A DNA stretch of 64,000 nt. It comes from Methanofastidiosum sp. (GTDB lineage Archaea; Methanobacteriota_B; Thermococci; Methanofastidiosales; Methanofastidiosaceae). The notes under the pieces were generated by a model. It was not told the origin of the DNA. It saw only the letters and a program-made list of their open reading frames with translations, and made no database searches. The stretch covers positions 7,387 to 71,386 of the forward strand of contig JBAYOH010000001.1 in assembly GCA_041678455.1 (NCBI GenBank). The letters are read 5' to 3'. Each line of letters opens with the position of its first letter. Position 1 is the stretch's first letter. This document shows positions 17,856-27,438 of the stretch, piece by piece. Position numbers and translations under genes: made by a program.

Positions 17856-20783
17856 ATGAAGAAAATAATAACAACTTTAATTTTAGTGGCTTTCCTGGTT
17901 TCGCTAGCGCCAAGCTATTCGGCAGAGGAACTTCCAGATAGAAATTTCTTTATTGACGAAAATGGAAATCCCCAATGTTTGATAGTATTGAGTGAATCTG
18001 CTACTGCAAAGGATATACAGAAGGTAGCAGAAATTGTGACAAAAATCACAAATGAAACATACTATAGTGTGACGGGTACCGATGAGAAGATCATATGGGA
18101 ATCGCCAAGCTTAGTTGAAGATGACCACGATAATGTTGCACTTGGTTATACTGGAGTTAAGTCAAATCCGGATTGGGTATGGGAGATGAGAAGCTTTACA
18201 ACACCTGCCTATTTCTTCTCACACGGCGGAGATCCTGCTCCCGATTGGCCAAATTGTCCATTCTATGTAGAGAGTGTTGAAGCTTTATTTGATGGAGATA
18301 GAAATACAAGGATTGTAGGTAGAACTGGATATGATTATTCAGGGCCAAACTATGCACCCGTTACATTAATAGTTAAATTCAACGAAACAAAGAAAATTTC
18401 TGATGTTAACTTCACATTTGAAAATCTCCCCGTTGCTGCAGGATATCAAATATATTACTTAAACTCTGACTGCCCAAACCCCTTATATGATCCTTCTATG
18501 TGGATGTACGGTCCAACTGGAAACTGGACTTTGTTACCGGTTAGTGGCGGCTGGCCACGCCCAGGAAGCGCTACTAAGATGACAGATAGTTTTTCATTGA
18601 TTAATCCTGTGAACACAAATGCATTATTTATTGAACTTAATCCAGAGTATTATACTCCTCCAAATCCAACTATGCCTTACTCATTGTATGAGATTGAGGC
18701 GAAGGGCAGTTCATTCTCAATATTATATGGAAACTCTTATTACATTGACTTCTCCTGGGCACGTAAAACACCTGGCCAAAATAAGAATCTTCTAAAAAAC
18801 TTTGACTATTGGATTGAGGATATAAAGGAAACATTACCTGGTGACTTTATTCAAACTGCGGGAAAGAGTTACTCAAGTGAAACTGCAAGCTATAATCTTC
18901 TAAATCACCAGATAAATCTTCTAAGGATGTATAAATATAACAAGGATGAGATTTTCCAAGACAAGGCAGTGGGAAGGGTATTCTATGGAACACCAAGAAC
19001 ATGGGAGAATGAGGAATTCAAGGTTGGCCAAACAAAGACTTATGGTAATTACAAAGTTAAACTAGTTGATATCAACTGGGACAAGAGCCAAACTACTGTT
19101 AATTTTGACCATAAAACTGGAAGATATTATCTTGGTGAACAGAAAACTACAATTGAAGTTACAGATCCTGAAGGCAACACTAAAACACATATTATGAGAG
19201 TTAACTGCTGCGATAATGTTTTAGCTGAACTCTTTGTAAACACTGAAGCAGAGTCCTTGGCAGCTACAAAGGCCATTTGCAGATTAAAGACTGAAGGATA
19301 CCTTTGCGATATTACTCCAATAATTTACCATTCAAATATGAGTGAATCAAACATTGACCCATTTTACAATAGCGAATCAAAAGACCATTTTAGCATGGGT
19401 GATGATGGCGCATGGACCTATACCTATATCTATGGGTATGGATATGACTATAATTCAGCACTTAGTTATCCTACCTTGATATTCAATGGAAATAAATCAA
19501 AAGCCATTCAAAAGATATCCCCAAACACAGAAGATGTATATTATGAAGCGTTTAAAAATGCGTATGAAGCAAATGCTAGCAGATGTTGTGATGCAAACAT
19601 AATCATAAACACTAATATGGATCCTGAGAGATTTACAACAACAAAAGATAGGGAAGCCTTAGTAACTGTAAGATTGAATAAAGATCTACCAAACACAGAA
19701 CTATATCTAAATGTGTGGAGCATTGACTGCAGTTGTTGTGCTCCTGTTGCTACTGGGCTTATAAATTCACAACACTGGCAGAATATCAATAAATGGACGA
19801 CAGAATGTGGTGAAAAAGTTACCGAGACAACTTGGAAAGATCTAAAAAATGGTGATGTTTACAGGACAGAAATAAATCTATGTGGTACAAATTACTGCGG
19901 ACTTATTGCGTTCCTACAAGACAAAAACACTGGGAAGATTTACGGCTCTGCAATTAGACATTTTCCCCCTGCGCCGGGATCAAACTTGTCACCCGGCATA
20001 GCGTCGTCTGATTGTCAATGTGTAATTGAGTACAACAAGGACCTAGATTGTGATAATTATAAGGAAGAGGTTGAGTTTGCAATTGAAGGTGCCGATGTAG
20101 CATTCGTTGGGATGGAGCATGATTTAGAAAAGAATATTGATGGTGAGATAAAGAAACATATGATAGCAAGATTCAATATTTACACAGTGACTGATTACGG
20201 ATGCATCGATGACTGTGACTGTAACTACATTCAAAATGACGGCTCCATGTGGAAACTAAGATTTTTGATGAACGATGGCAATCTCTATAATCCTTATGTT
20301 GATAGATGTCAAGACTGTACAAAAGATCTTCGTTCAATTAAAATCGAGCTCTGTGAGCCAATACCATTTGACTGCCTTAAAGAAGGTGCAGTGTTCTGGG
20401 GCCCAGACAGGTACTTTAGAGTCTATGTTGAGGACTATGATGAAGAGAAATACTATATCAAATACAAGATACAGAGTGTAGATGAGATTCCAAAGAAAGA
20501 AGCAGTCAATGTGAATGTTGAGCCAACTAACTTGATAAGAATAGACAAGCAGATTACAGCAAGTGATAGAGCAAAGTACAATATGATCCTGATTGGAAAC
20601 AAGGACAACAATGAAGAGATAAAGAGAGTCTATGATATCGGAAACTTCACCGACTCTGAAGGCATGATATACCTAAAAGAGATCTACGGCAAAAAGGATA
20701 TACTCATCCTGAATGCAGCCAATGTCTCTGATCTAAACGAGCCGATCAAACAGCTTTCATATCTTCTTGATATGATACTATAA
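17856..20783 (+). CDS. Large secreted Cys-rich surface (glyco)protein with a signal peptide, many N-x-S/T sequons and a discoidin/galactose-binding-like segment; function unknown
   Basis: 975 aa. Signal peptide MKKIITTLILVAFLVSLAPSYSA. ALFDGDRNTRIV...YQIYYLNSD...NWTLL resembles an F5/8-type-C fold. The C-terminal LIGNKDNN...ILILNAANVSD motif resembles LVLIGGPEVN... in the DUF4430 protein. GAGGTGA SD upstream. Confidence 0.55.
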   Translation: MKKIITTLILVAFLVSLAPSYSAEELPDRNFFIDENGNPQCLIVLSESATAKDIQKVAEIVTKITNETYYSVTGTDEKIIWESPSLVEDDHDNVALGYTGVKSNPDWVWEMRSFTTPAYFFSHGGDPAPDWPNCPFYVESVEALFDGDRNTRIVGRTGYDYSGPNYAPVTLIVKFNETKKISDVNFTFENLPVAAGYQIYYLNSDCPNPLYDPSMWMYGPTGNWTLLPVSGGWPRPGSATKMTDSFSLINPVNTNALFIELNPEYYTPPNPTMPYSLYEIEAKGSSFSILYGNSYYIDFSWARKTPGQNKNLLKNFDYWIEDIKETLPGDFIQTAGKSYSSETASYNLLNHQINLLRMYKYNKDEIFQDKAVGRVFYGTPRTWENEEFKVGQTKTYGNYKVKLVDINWDKSQTTVNFDHKTGRYYLGEQKTTIEVTDPEGNTKTHIMRVNCCDNVLAELFVNTEAESLAATKAICRLKTEGYLCDITPIIYHSNMSESNIDPFYNSESKDHFSMGDDGAWTYTYIYGYGYDYNSALSYPTLIFNGNKSKAIQKISPNTEDVYYEAFKNAYEANASRCCDANIIINTNMDPERFTTTKDREALVTVRLNKDLPNTELYLNVWSIDCSCCAPVATGLINSQHWQNINKWTTECGEKVTETTWKDLKNGDVYRTEINLCGTNYCGLIAFLQDKNTGKIYGSAIRHFPPAPGSNLSPGIASSDCQCVIEYNKDLDCDNYKEEVEFAIEGADVAFVGMEHDLEKNIDGEIKKHMIARFNIYTVTDYGCIDDCDCNYIQNDGSMWKLRFLMNDGNLYNPYVDRCQDCTKDLRSIKIELCEPIPFDCLKEGAVFWGPDRYFRVYVEDYDEEKYYIKYKIQSVDEIPKKEAVNVNVEPTNLIRIDKQITASDRAKYNMILIGNKDNNEEIKRVYDIGNFTDSEGMIYLKEIYGKKDILILNAANVSDLNEPIKQLSYLLDMIL

Positions 20784-20836
20784 TTTTTTCTTTTTTATTT
20801 TCCACAAACAAAAGTAATATATATTAACATTCCAAA

Positions 20837-21448
20837 TTGATTGATATGTTTGAGAGAAGGATAATCCCACAGGCAAACTTCACCAATGCAGACATCCTAA
20901 TCGCGCTAAAGATTATCGAGAAGGAGGATGGCATAGGGAGAAAGCTTCTTTCAAAGAGAATTTTTCTAAATGAGGCTAGCATTAGATCAATCCTTTCCAA
21001 ACTAAAGGATATGGAATACATTGATTCATCAAGAGTTGGCCAGAAGATCACAGGGAAGGGCAAGAAGTTCCTAGAAAGCTCTACAAAATTTGGTATCCCC
21101 TCAGAAATCAACGCCAAAGAGCTGACCTTGAATAACAAAAACTTCGGTACAATAATAAAGGGCGCATCGTTAAAAATAAAGGATGGAATGGACCAGAGGG
21201 ACAGAGCGGTCTTTGGCGGGGCAAGGTCTGCAATCACCCTGATATTTAGAGATAATCAATTTGCCCTCCCAGAAACAAGGCCTGAGATAAAAATCCCGAC
21301 AATAAAACTGAATTTGAGTAGGGCCTTAGAAACTGAACTCCATGATAAATTTGGCCCTAAAAATAACGATATAGTCATAATATCAAGTGCAGAAGATGAA
21401 GAGCGTGCATTTAGAGGGATAGTCCACGTGATTGACTCTTTTATTTAA
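20837..21448 (+). CDS. Predicted DNA-binding protein with an N-terminal winged-helix domain and a C-terminal domain of unknown function (regulator-like)
   Basis: 203 aa. ILIALKIIEKEDGIGRKLLSKRIFLNEASIRSILSKLKDMEYI is wHTH-like. The real start may be ATG 20846 (MFERR). Confidence 0.4.
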   Translation: MIDMFERRIIPQANFTNADILIALKIIEKEDGIGRKLLSKRIFLNEASIRSILSKLKDMEYIDSSRVGQKITGKGKKFLESSTKFGIPSEINAKELTLNNKNFGTIIKGASLKIKDGMDQRDRAVFGGARSAITLIFRDNQFALPETRPEIKIPTIKLNLSRALETELHDKFGPKNNDIVIISSAEDEERAFRGIVHVIDSFI

Positions 21449-21583
21449 TGGGGTTAAATCATATATTTTGAATTCAGAAAATACTTACCGTCCTTTATAA
21501 CTCGAGGACCTTCTACAACATTGAAGCTCTCTATGTCGACCTTTGGGTAGAGAATGGCGGCAGAAAACTATTTCTTTGATGGA

Positions 21584-21898
21584 CTACTGTTCCTGTTTAC
21601 TGCGATATTCTCGCATTTCTTCTAGATCGTGGAATGATTTGAAAAAGTTATCTATACGTATGATGAGCTCCTTCTTCCCTTTTTCAGTTAGTGAGTATCT
21701 CTTTTCTTCATCGTCACTAATTAGGCCTCTGTCTTTAAGTTTTTTTAAGACTGGGTAAATTGTCCCAGGGCTAAACCTACGACCTTTTCTTTTTTCCATC
21801 TCATCTGTTATCTCGGACCCGTTCATCTTATCGTTTCTTAATATCCACAATATCAAAAAAGATAGGAATCCCCTGCCCTGGTGTTTATGGTCCCGCAT
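21584..21898 (-). CDS. PadR-family transcriptional regulator
   Basis: 104 aa. The FLILWILRNDKMNGSEITDEM...GTIYPVLKKLKDRGLI pattern is classic PadR wHTH. Confidence 0.85.
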   Translation of the reverse strand: MRDHKHQGRGFLSFLILWILRNDKMNGSEITDEMEKRKGRRFSPGTIYPVLKKLKDRGLISDDEEKRYSLTEKGKKELIIRIDNFFKSFHDLEEMREYRSKQEQ

Positions 21899-21931
21899 GT
21901 ATAGTATCTGTTCTCAAAGTATTAAAGTATA

Positions 21932-21989
21932 TCGGTTAACCGAAAGGCTTTTAAATAAATATCGGATATACGATATTGGAGAACCGATA
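21932..21989. promoter_or_regulatory. Operator-like elements in the PadR divergent promoter: the 12-bp palindrome TCGGTTAACCGA plus two further half-sites (TATCGG at 21961 and CCGATA at 21984)
   Basis: Read directly from the sequence. Lies between the PadR start (21898) and the small divergent ORF start (21995). Confidence 0.4.
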
Positions 21990-21994
21990 AGGGG

Positions 21995-22195
21995 GTGATA
22001 GGGATGTGGAAAAATAAAAATATGGAGCATGGTCCAAGACATGTATATAGAAGACACGAGTACAGCTATAATCGCAGAAGGCACTTCTATACAAAACAGG
22101 AACGGATAGATATGCTCGAAGAATACAAGACCTGGCTTGACAAAGAAAAGCAGGGTGTTGAAGAAAGAATCGAAGAATTAAAAAAATCTTTGTAA
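21995..22195 (+). CDS. Small basic protein with a C-terminal coiled coil, divergent from PadR
   Basis: 66 aa. Arg/His/Tyr-rich N-terminus (GPRHVYRRHEYSYNRRRHFY) followed by a helical EEYKTWLDKEKQGVEERIEELKK. ATG preceded by GGGGGTGATAGGG. Confidence 0.4.
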   Translation: MIGMWKNKNMEHGPRHVYRRHEYSYNRRRHFYTKQERIDMLEEYKTWLDKEKQGVEERIEELKKSL

Positions 22196-22356
22196 ATTTT
22201 TTCTTTTTTAAAATATATTGCTTCTAAACAAGATAACTAAGTTTAGATTAGCTTTTTTTTTGCATTTTAATTTGATATTTGATTGGTCAGAAAGAGATAA
22301 CTACAAAAAATTTATAAGTCGTCTTCGCTGTTCTTTGCTAAAGAAGAGGTAGTTAC

Positions 22357-23811
22357 ATGAAATCTGATGAAATAATGGATGTTGCATTGAGAAGAGGATT
22401 TATTTATCCGTCTTCTGAAATTTATGGCGGTATTTCTGGTTTTTATGATTACGGGCATCTTGGTACACTTATGAGGAAGAAATGGGAAAATGCATGGAGA
22501 AGGCATTACCTTGGCCTAAATCCAAACTTCTTTGAAATTGACGCAACTAATATAATGCCAAAGAATGTTTTTATGGGTTCAGGCCATCTTGAAAACTTTA
22601 ATGATCCATTGACTGAATGTGTGAAGTGCCACTCAAGATTTAGGGCAGACCACCTTGTAGAAGAGTTCCTTGAAAGAAGTGCAGAAGGCATGTCTGCAGA
22701 AGAGATGACAGGATTACTAAAAGACAGTAATATTCCATGCCCCAAGTGTGGAGGACATCTTCTTGATGTGAAGATGTTCAACATGATGTTTGAACTATCA
22801 GTTGGTTCCACTGGGGAATCAGAAATTGCCTACTTAAGGCCTGAAACTGCACAGGGCGCATTTTTGGCTTTCAAGAGAAGCTTTAACGCTTTAAGGGGTA
22901 AGCTCCCTATGGGTCTTGCAATTATAGGTAGGGCCTATAGGAATGAAATCTCTCCGAGACAGGGATTCTATAGATTGAGAGAATTTAATCAGGCCGAACT
23001 TCAAGTGTTCTTTGACCCAGATACAATTGAAGATCATCCTGATTTTGATTCAATTAAAGATGTGAAATTAAGGACGTTCCCACTTCAAAACAGGAGCAGT
23101 AATGAAGTCGATGACATTACTGCATTAGAACTTCATAAGAACTTTGGTATACCCAAATTTTACATTTACCATATGGCAAAGATTCAGGAGTTTTATCTTG
23201 ATAAGATGAAATTCCCAAGGGAGGTTTTCAGATTCAGAGAGCTTTCTGCAGATGAAAGGGCTTTCTATAACAAGATCCATTGGGATGTTGAAGTCTATAC
23301 TGACTCTCTTGGCGGGTATAAGGAAATGGGAGGCCTCCATTACAGGACAGACCATGATCTAGGCGGCCACCAGAACGCAAGTGGGGAAAGGCTTGATGTC
23401 AATATTGACGGCAAGAAGTTTATACCTCACGTGCTTGAACTTTCATTCGGTGTCGACAGAAACTTCTGGACATTGCTTGACGTATTCTATAAAGATGAAG
23501 GAGATAGAAAAGTTATATCTTTACCAAAGGAAGTAGCACCTTTCAGGGCTGGAATCTTTCCGCTGCAAAAGAAAGGGGACCTTGAGAAGATTGCAAAGAG
23601 TGTCTATGACAATCTATCGAAATGTTGCGATGTTTTCTACGATGATTCAGGCTCGATAGGCAGAAGGTATAGGAGGCAGGACGAGATTGGAACGCCTTTT
23701 GCAATTACTATCGACTTCCAGACATTAGAAGACAACACTGTGACAATCAGAGAAAGGGATTCCATGAATCAACACAGGGTAAAGATTGACGAAATCAAGA
23801 AAAATATTTAA
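22357..23811 (+). CDS. glyS: Glycyl-tRNA synthetase (archaeal/eukaryotic-type class II dimer)
   Basis: 484 aa. RRGFIYPSSEIYGGISGFYDYGHLG, class II motifs and a C-terminal anticodon-binding domain. GAGGT SD upstream. Confidence 0.9.
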   Translation: MKSDEIMDVALRRGFIYPSSEIYGGISGFYDYGHLGTLMRKKWENAWRRHYLGLNPNFFEIDATNIMPKNVFMGSGHLENFNDPLTECVKCHSRFRADHLVEEFLERSAEGMSAEEMTGLLKDSNIPCPKCGGHLLDVKMFNMMFELSVGSTGESEIAYLRPETAQGAFLAFKRSFNALRGKLPMGLAIIGRAYRNEISPRQGFYRLREFNQAELQVFFDPDTIEDHPDFDSIKDVKLRTFPLQNRSSNEVDDITALELHKNFGIPKFYIYHMAKIQEFYLDKMKFPREVFRFRELSADERAFYNKIHWDVEVYTDSLGGYKEMGGLHYRTDHDLGGHQNASGERLDVNIDGKKFIPHVLELSFGVDRNFWTLLDVFYKDEGDRKVISLPKEVAPFRAGIFPLQKKGDLEKIAKSVYDNLSKCCDVFYDDSGSIGRRYRRQDEIGTPFAITIDFQTLEDNTVTIRERDSMNQHRVKIDEIKKNI

Positions 23812-24279
23812 TTTTTTTATATCTTTTCAAATACGATATCCCGGGATCCTCCCCATAATACTTTTTTCCCCAATTCTGGTAATTTTTCTTTTCCTTCAAT
23901 TATTGTAAGAAAAATGATTCCTGACAAGCTGACCCATCTTGCTTGAAAAACATGTGCCCTCATAAGGGAGTAATATCTCAGTTTCACTTATCCCGTCAGG
24001 GTATAGGAGGATTTCTCCTTTTGAAAGGTGGCTTGTATTATTCTTATACCAAACCCCTAAATTAAAATCGCCTAGAGGAATCCATATGGCTTCACCACAC
24101 CATCTCAGGTGGATTATCTTGTTTTTATAAGGCAATGACTTCATGAACGCAGAACAAGTTTTTGGTGCGTTCTCTTCCTCTAACTTTGCCTAAAAGTAAA
24201 TCCTCCGGCCGTAATCTTAAGATTAGTCATCTTAACACCAAAATTAATTTTAATTGGGATATAAAAGTCTTTTTTAGTT

Positions 24280-24756
24280 TTATAAATCTCTGTAAGAGAA
24301 TGTTGCAACGATTTGATCCCTTGGAGTATGGCCTATGAAGACAAAGCTGTGTTGGGTGCCAGAAACGGGTTTTTTATTTATTGTGGGAGTTAAAACATAG
24401 GTTCTCGTAGAACCGGCAGATATGTCTAAGGAAGACGGGTGCGGAGATATTTCAATCCAGGTATTTTGGCCATCCAGGATAAAATCTGAATTATTTAAAT
24501 TAATACTTCCTGATGAAGATGCATTTTTTAAAGTAACATAATATTTATTTCCATCGTCATTTATGCTCAAAACTTCCAATTTTAGACTACTTGAAACTCC
24601 GGCCCTCTGTTCAACTTCTTCCTGGATCTGTGTCTGAAAGCTCCTGACCCACACCCAATAAGCACTGACAGAAGATACAGCTACTGCGACAAGTAACATT
24701 GTAGCAACGACTGGAGAAACTGCTTTTCTATTCATAAAAAAAATAGAGGATGGCAT
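24280..24756 (-). CDS. Archaeal type IV pilin-like protein (class III signal peptide, Pilin_N)
   Basis: 158 aa. The N-terminal RKAVSPVVATMLLVAVAVSS matches the archaeal pilin N-terminal motif (AVSPVIGVILMVAITV). Confidence 0.65.
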   Translation of the reverse strand: MPSSIFFMNRKAVSPVVATMLLVAVAVSSVSAYWVWVRSFQTQIQEEVEQRAGVSSSLKLEVLSINDDGNKYYVTLKNASSSGSINLNNSDFILDGQNTWIEISPHPSSLDISAGSTRTYVLTPTINKKPVSGTQHSFVFIGHTPRDQIVATFSYRDL

Positions 24757-24765
24757 AATAAAAAA

Positions 24766-27375
24766 CTACCCTTTTACGCCCTGGGCGAAGTCATCTCTTC
24801 CTCCACCTTTGCCGTACTTCTTAATTACATTGCAGGCTTTGTGTCCACTTTCTATGGCTATCTTCCCGCAAGATACAACTATGTTGCCCTCGTTATTGGT
24901 CAATACGATTATCTTGTTGTCTCCTGAAAGCTCCTTTGCAATTTTTCTCATTTCATCAGGTGATGTATCCACATTTTCTTCCAAAAATAGTATCCCATCA
25001 GATTCTACGTAATTGCATTCGAGCCCTTCTTTCTTAAGGCAAGATATTTCAGCTTTGAGTCTTTCAATCTCTTTTCCCCTGTTTTTCCACTCATTGAAAA
25101 ATCTCTTTCCGGTGTCAAGGAGTTTGTCTTTTTCTACCTTAAAGACATCTGATAAATCTCTTAAGAGCATGGATTCTTCCTGAATTGCCTCAAGCGCTTT
25201 AAGTCCGGCGCAGAATTCAAGCCTAACAACCCCATCTTGAATCTTGCTCTGCTTTAAAATCTTGATAGGCCCTATCTGTCCAGTGAAATCTGCATGAGTT
25301 CCTCCGCACGCTTCCACATCAAGCCCTTTGACATTGACAACCCTGATTTTCTTTCCAGGAACCGCACCGCCTTGGTATAGCCTAAATCCATACTTTTTTT
25401 CCGCTTCAGCCCTTGGGAAAAAGCCTTTATCTATTGGGAGATTTTTCAGGACTAGTTCATTGGAAATTTTTTCAATCTTGAATAGATCTTCGTTGTTAAT
25501 CAGTTTGTAGTGAGTTATATCAAGCCTTGCTTTTTCTTCAGTCTTTTCTGCACCTGCCTGCCATATGTGATTCCCTAATATCTGTCTGCTAACGCCATTT
25601 ATGATGTGAGTTGCTGTATGATGCCTTGTCAGATTTAATCTTCTTTCCTTATCGACAACACCTCTTACAGTGTCGCCTTTCTTGAAATTGATTTTTTCCA
25701 TGATGTGCAAAATTACATTCCCAGAAACTTCAGTATATGAAACAGGGCAGTTGTTTATCAGTCCTCTGTCTCCCTCTTGGCCTCCACTTTCAGGATAAAA
25801 TGCAGTCTTATCAAGTATGGCAATATTGTCTTTAATATCAAGCACCTTGGCAGAGAATTCTGTTATCCCCTCGTAATAGAGCCTCTCAGTGTCTGGCATG
25901 TCGTAGTGGATTTCTTTTTCGCTTAGTACTGAGTCTTTCTTTTCGTGCCTTTCAGTTACCCTTTTGTAAAAGTCCTTGGGCGGCTTTACCCCCATAACTT
26001 CTGGAGTAATGCCATGTGAATCATATAACTCGATTAGTTTATCTTCAGATAGCTCTTCTCCTTTTTCATTTAGCCTTTCAATTATCCTTCTTGACTTATC
26101 TTTTGTATTTTCAAACTTCTCCATTTCATAGGAAATGATTTCACAGATATCGCTAATATTCTCTCTGAGTTCAGGGTACTGAGGCTTGAGATATTTTGCG
26201 TGCTCCTCGATGACTTTCTGAAGTTCAATATCCCAAGAGAATCTCTCTATGAAAGACAAGACCCTCCTTAAAATTACTCTTAGATTGTATCCGCCACCGA
26301 CATTAGAAGGCAGGGCGCCGTCAGAAAGAGCAAATAATAATGATCTAGAATGGTCCCCTATAGAATATATCGCCTGAAGAGGTAAGACTTGTTGCTTCAA
26401 ATACTCTTTGTCAGTGGAAAGATTTTTTGCAATAGCATCCCATACTTTTTCAATGTCTTCTACCTCGTCCATGTTCAACATTCCAGAATATGGTATGAAT
26501 CCCTTCAAAAATGACTTATCAGGGGTTATGCCTGTCCGCCTGTAAAGATGGTCGCAAACAGTCGGGAAGACCGTCTCGTAACCAATTGGATTAGCAAGGG
26601 AAAACCAGGAAAATCTCTCCTGTCCCGCACCCATATCGAGCACCTTCAAGTCAAGCTCTTTTCCGCCAGAAGGTGTTACTTCGTACTCAATGTAAACTTG
26701 ATTTCCTAGCTCTAAACCTCTAGAGAAAAATTCCATGCACGGACCAAAATTCCCTCCGCCTGCCCAAGCATCTTCGTGAAATATGAGCTCCTCAGAAGGT
26801 ATGCCAAGACCGATCTTTAACCAGTCATAAATGTCAGAGAGAAACCTGTCTTGAGAGAACTCTTTTGGTGGGAAAAAGGCATGCTGGCCTATCATTACAA
26901 AACCGGTGTAGTGTCTTAATGTGACGCCGACATTGTCAATATCATTGAATCTTACGCAAAACTGTGGTACCAACAAAGGATTTGCAGGTGGTTCTTGCGT
27001 CCCTTTCACTACATGAGGTTGGAAATCATAAATTGACGCCTGGACAAAGTCTGTGTCATCCCGCCATCTCGCTACAACTGGGTACCTTTTGATTATAGAA
27101 TACCCCTTCTTCTCAAAGAGAGAAGACATCTCCTTCCAAACTTGTATAAAGTCAAGTTTTTTCTTTGCAGGGGAGTTTTCTATAAACGAATAACCTCCTT
27201 CGCATTCAGGATCCCCACAAATGTCTCTATCTTTTACAGACCAGAAATAGGTGCCGCATTTTTTACACTCTTTTCTAATAAAACCAAGTGATTTTAACGT
27301 ATCAACTGCATAATACTTTTGATAATTTTGACTTGCTTTTTTCTTGAAATCTTTTTTTAGCGCTCTATCGTCCAT
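24766..27375 (-). CDS. alaS: Alanyl-tRNA synthetase (archaeal type)
   Basis: 869 aa. Archaeal AlaRS N-terminus (KKCGTYFWS...), HTATHI editing-domain motif and C-terminal DHHA1-like GGGRDDFAQG. Confidence 0.95.
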   Translation of the reverse strand: MDDRALKKDFKKKASQNYQKYYAVDTLKSLGFIRKECKKCGTYFWSVKDRDICGDPECEGGYSFIENSPAKKKLDFIQVWKEMSSLFEKKGYSIIKRYPVVARWRDDTDFVQASIYDFQPHVVKGTQEPPANPLLVPQFCVRFNDIDNVGVTLRHYTGFVMIGQHAFFPPKEFSQDRFLSDIYDWLKIGLGIPSEELIFHEDAWAGGGNFGPCMEFFSRGLELGNQVYIEYEVTPSGGKELDLKVLDMGAGQERFSWFSLANPIGYETVFPTVCDHLYRRTGITPDKSFLKGFIPYSGMLNMDEVEDIEKVWDAIAKNLSTDKEYLKQQVLPLQAIYSIGDHSRSLLFALSDGALPSNVGGGYNLRVILRRVLSFIERFSWDIELQKVIEEHAKYLKPQYPELRENISDICEIISYEMEKFENTKDKSRRIIERLNEKGEELSEDKLIELYDSHGITPEVMGVKPPKDFYKRVTERHEKKDSVLSEKEIHYDMPDTERLYYEGITEFSAKVLDIKDNIAILDKTAFYPESGGQEGDRGLINNCPVSYTEVSGNVILHIMEKINFKKGDTVRGVVDKERRLNLTRHHTATHIINGVSRQILGNHIWQAGAEKTEEKARLDITHYKLINNEDLFKIEKISNELVLKNLPIDKGFFPRAEAEKKYGFRLYQGGAVPGKKIRVVNVKGLDVEACGGTHADFTGQIGPIKILKQSKIQDGVVRLEFCAGLKALEAIQEESMLLRDLSDVFKVEKDKLLDTGKRFFNEWKNRGKEIERLKAEISCLKKEGLECNYVESDGILFLEENVDTSPDEMRKIAKELSGDNKIIVLTNNEGNIVVSCGKIAIESGHKACNVIKKYGKGGGRDDFAQGVKG

Positions 27376-27438
27376 AATCTCACCAGGACATCACTCTTTT
27401 ATAGACATCTAATAATTCTGTTATATAATTTACTGTTA

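Noticed and set aside
23896-24144. 82-aa minus-strand ORF between glyS and the pilin gene
   Set aside because: No recognisable domain or SD. It sits in the convergent terminator region; likely spurious.
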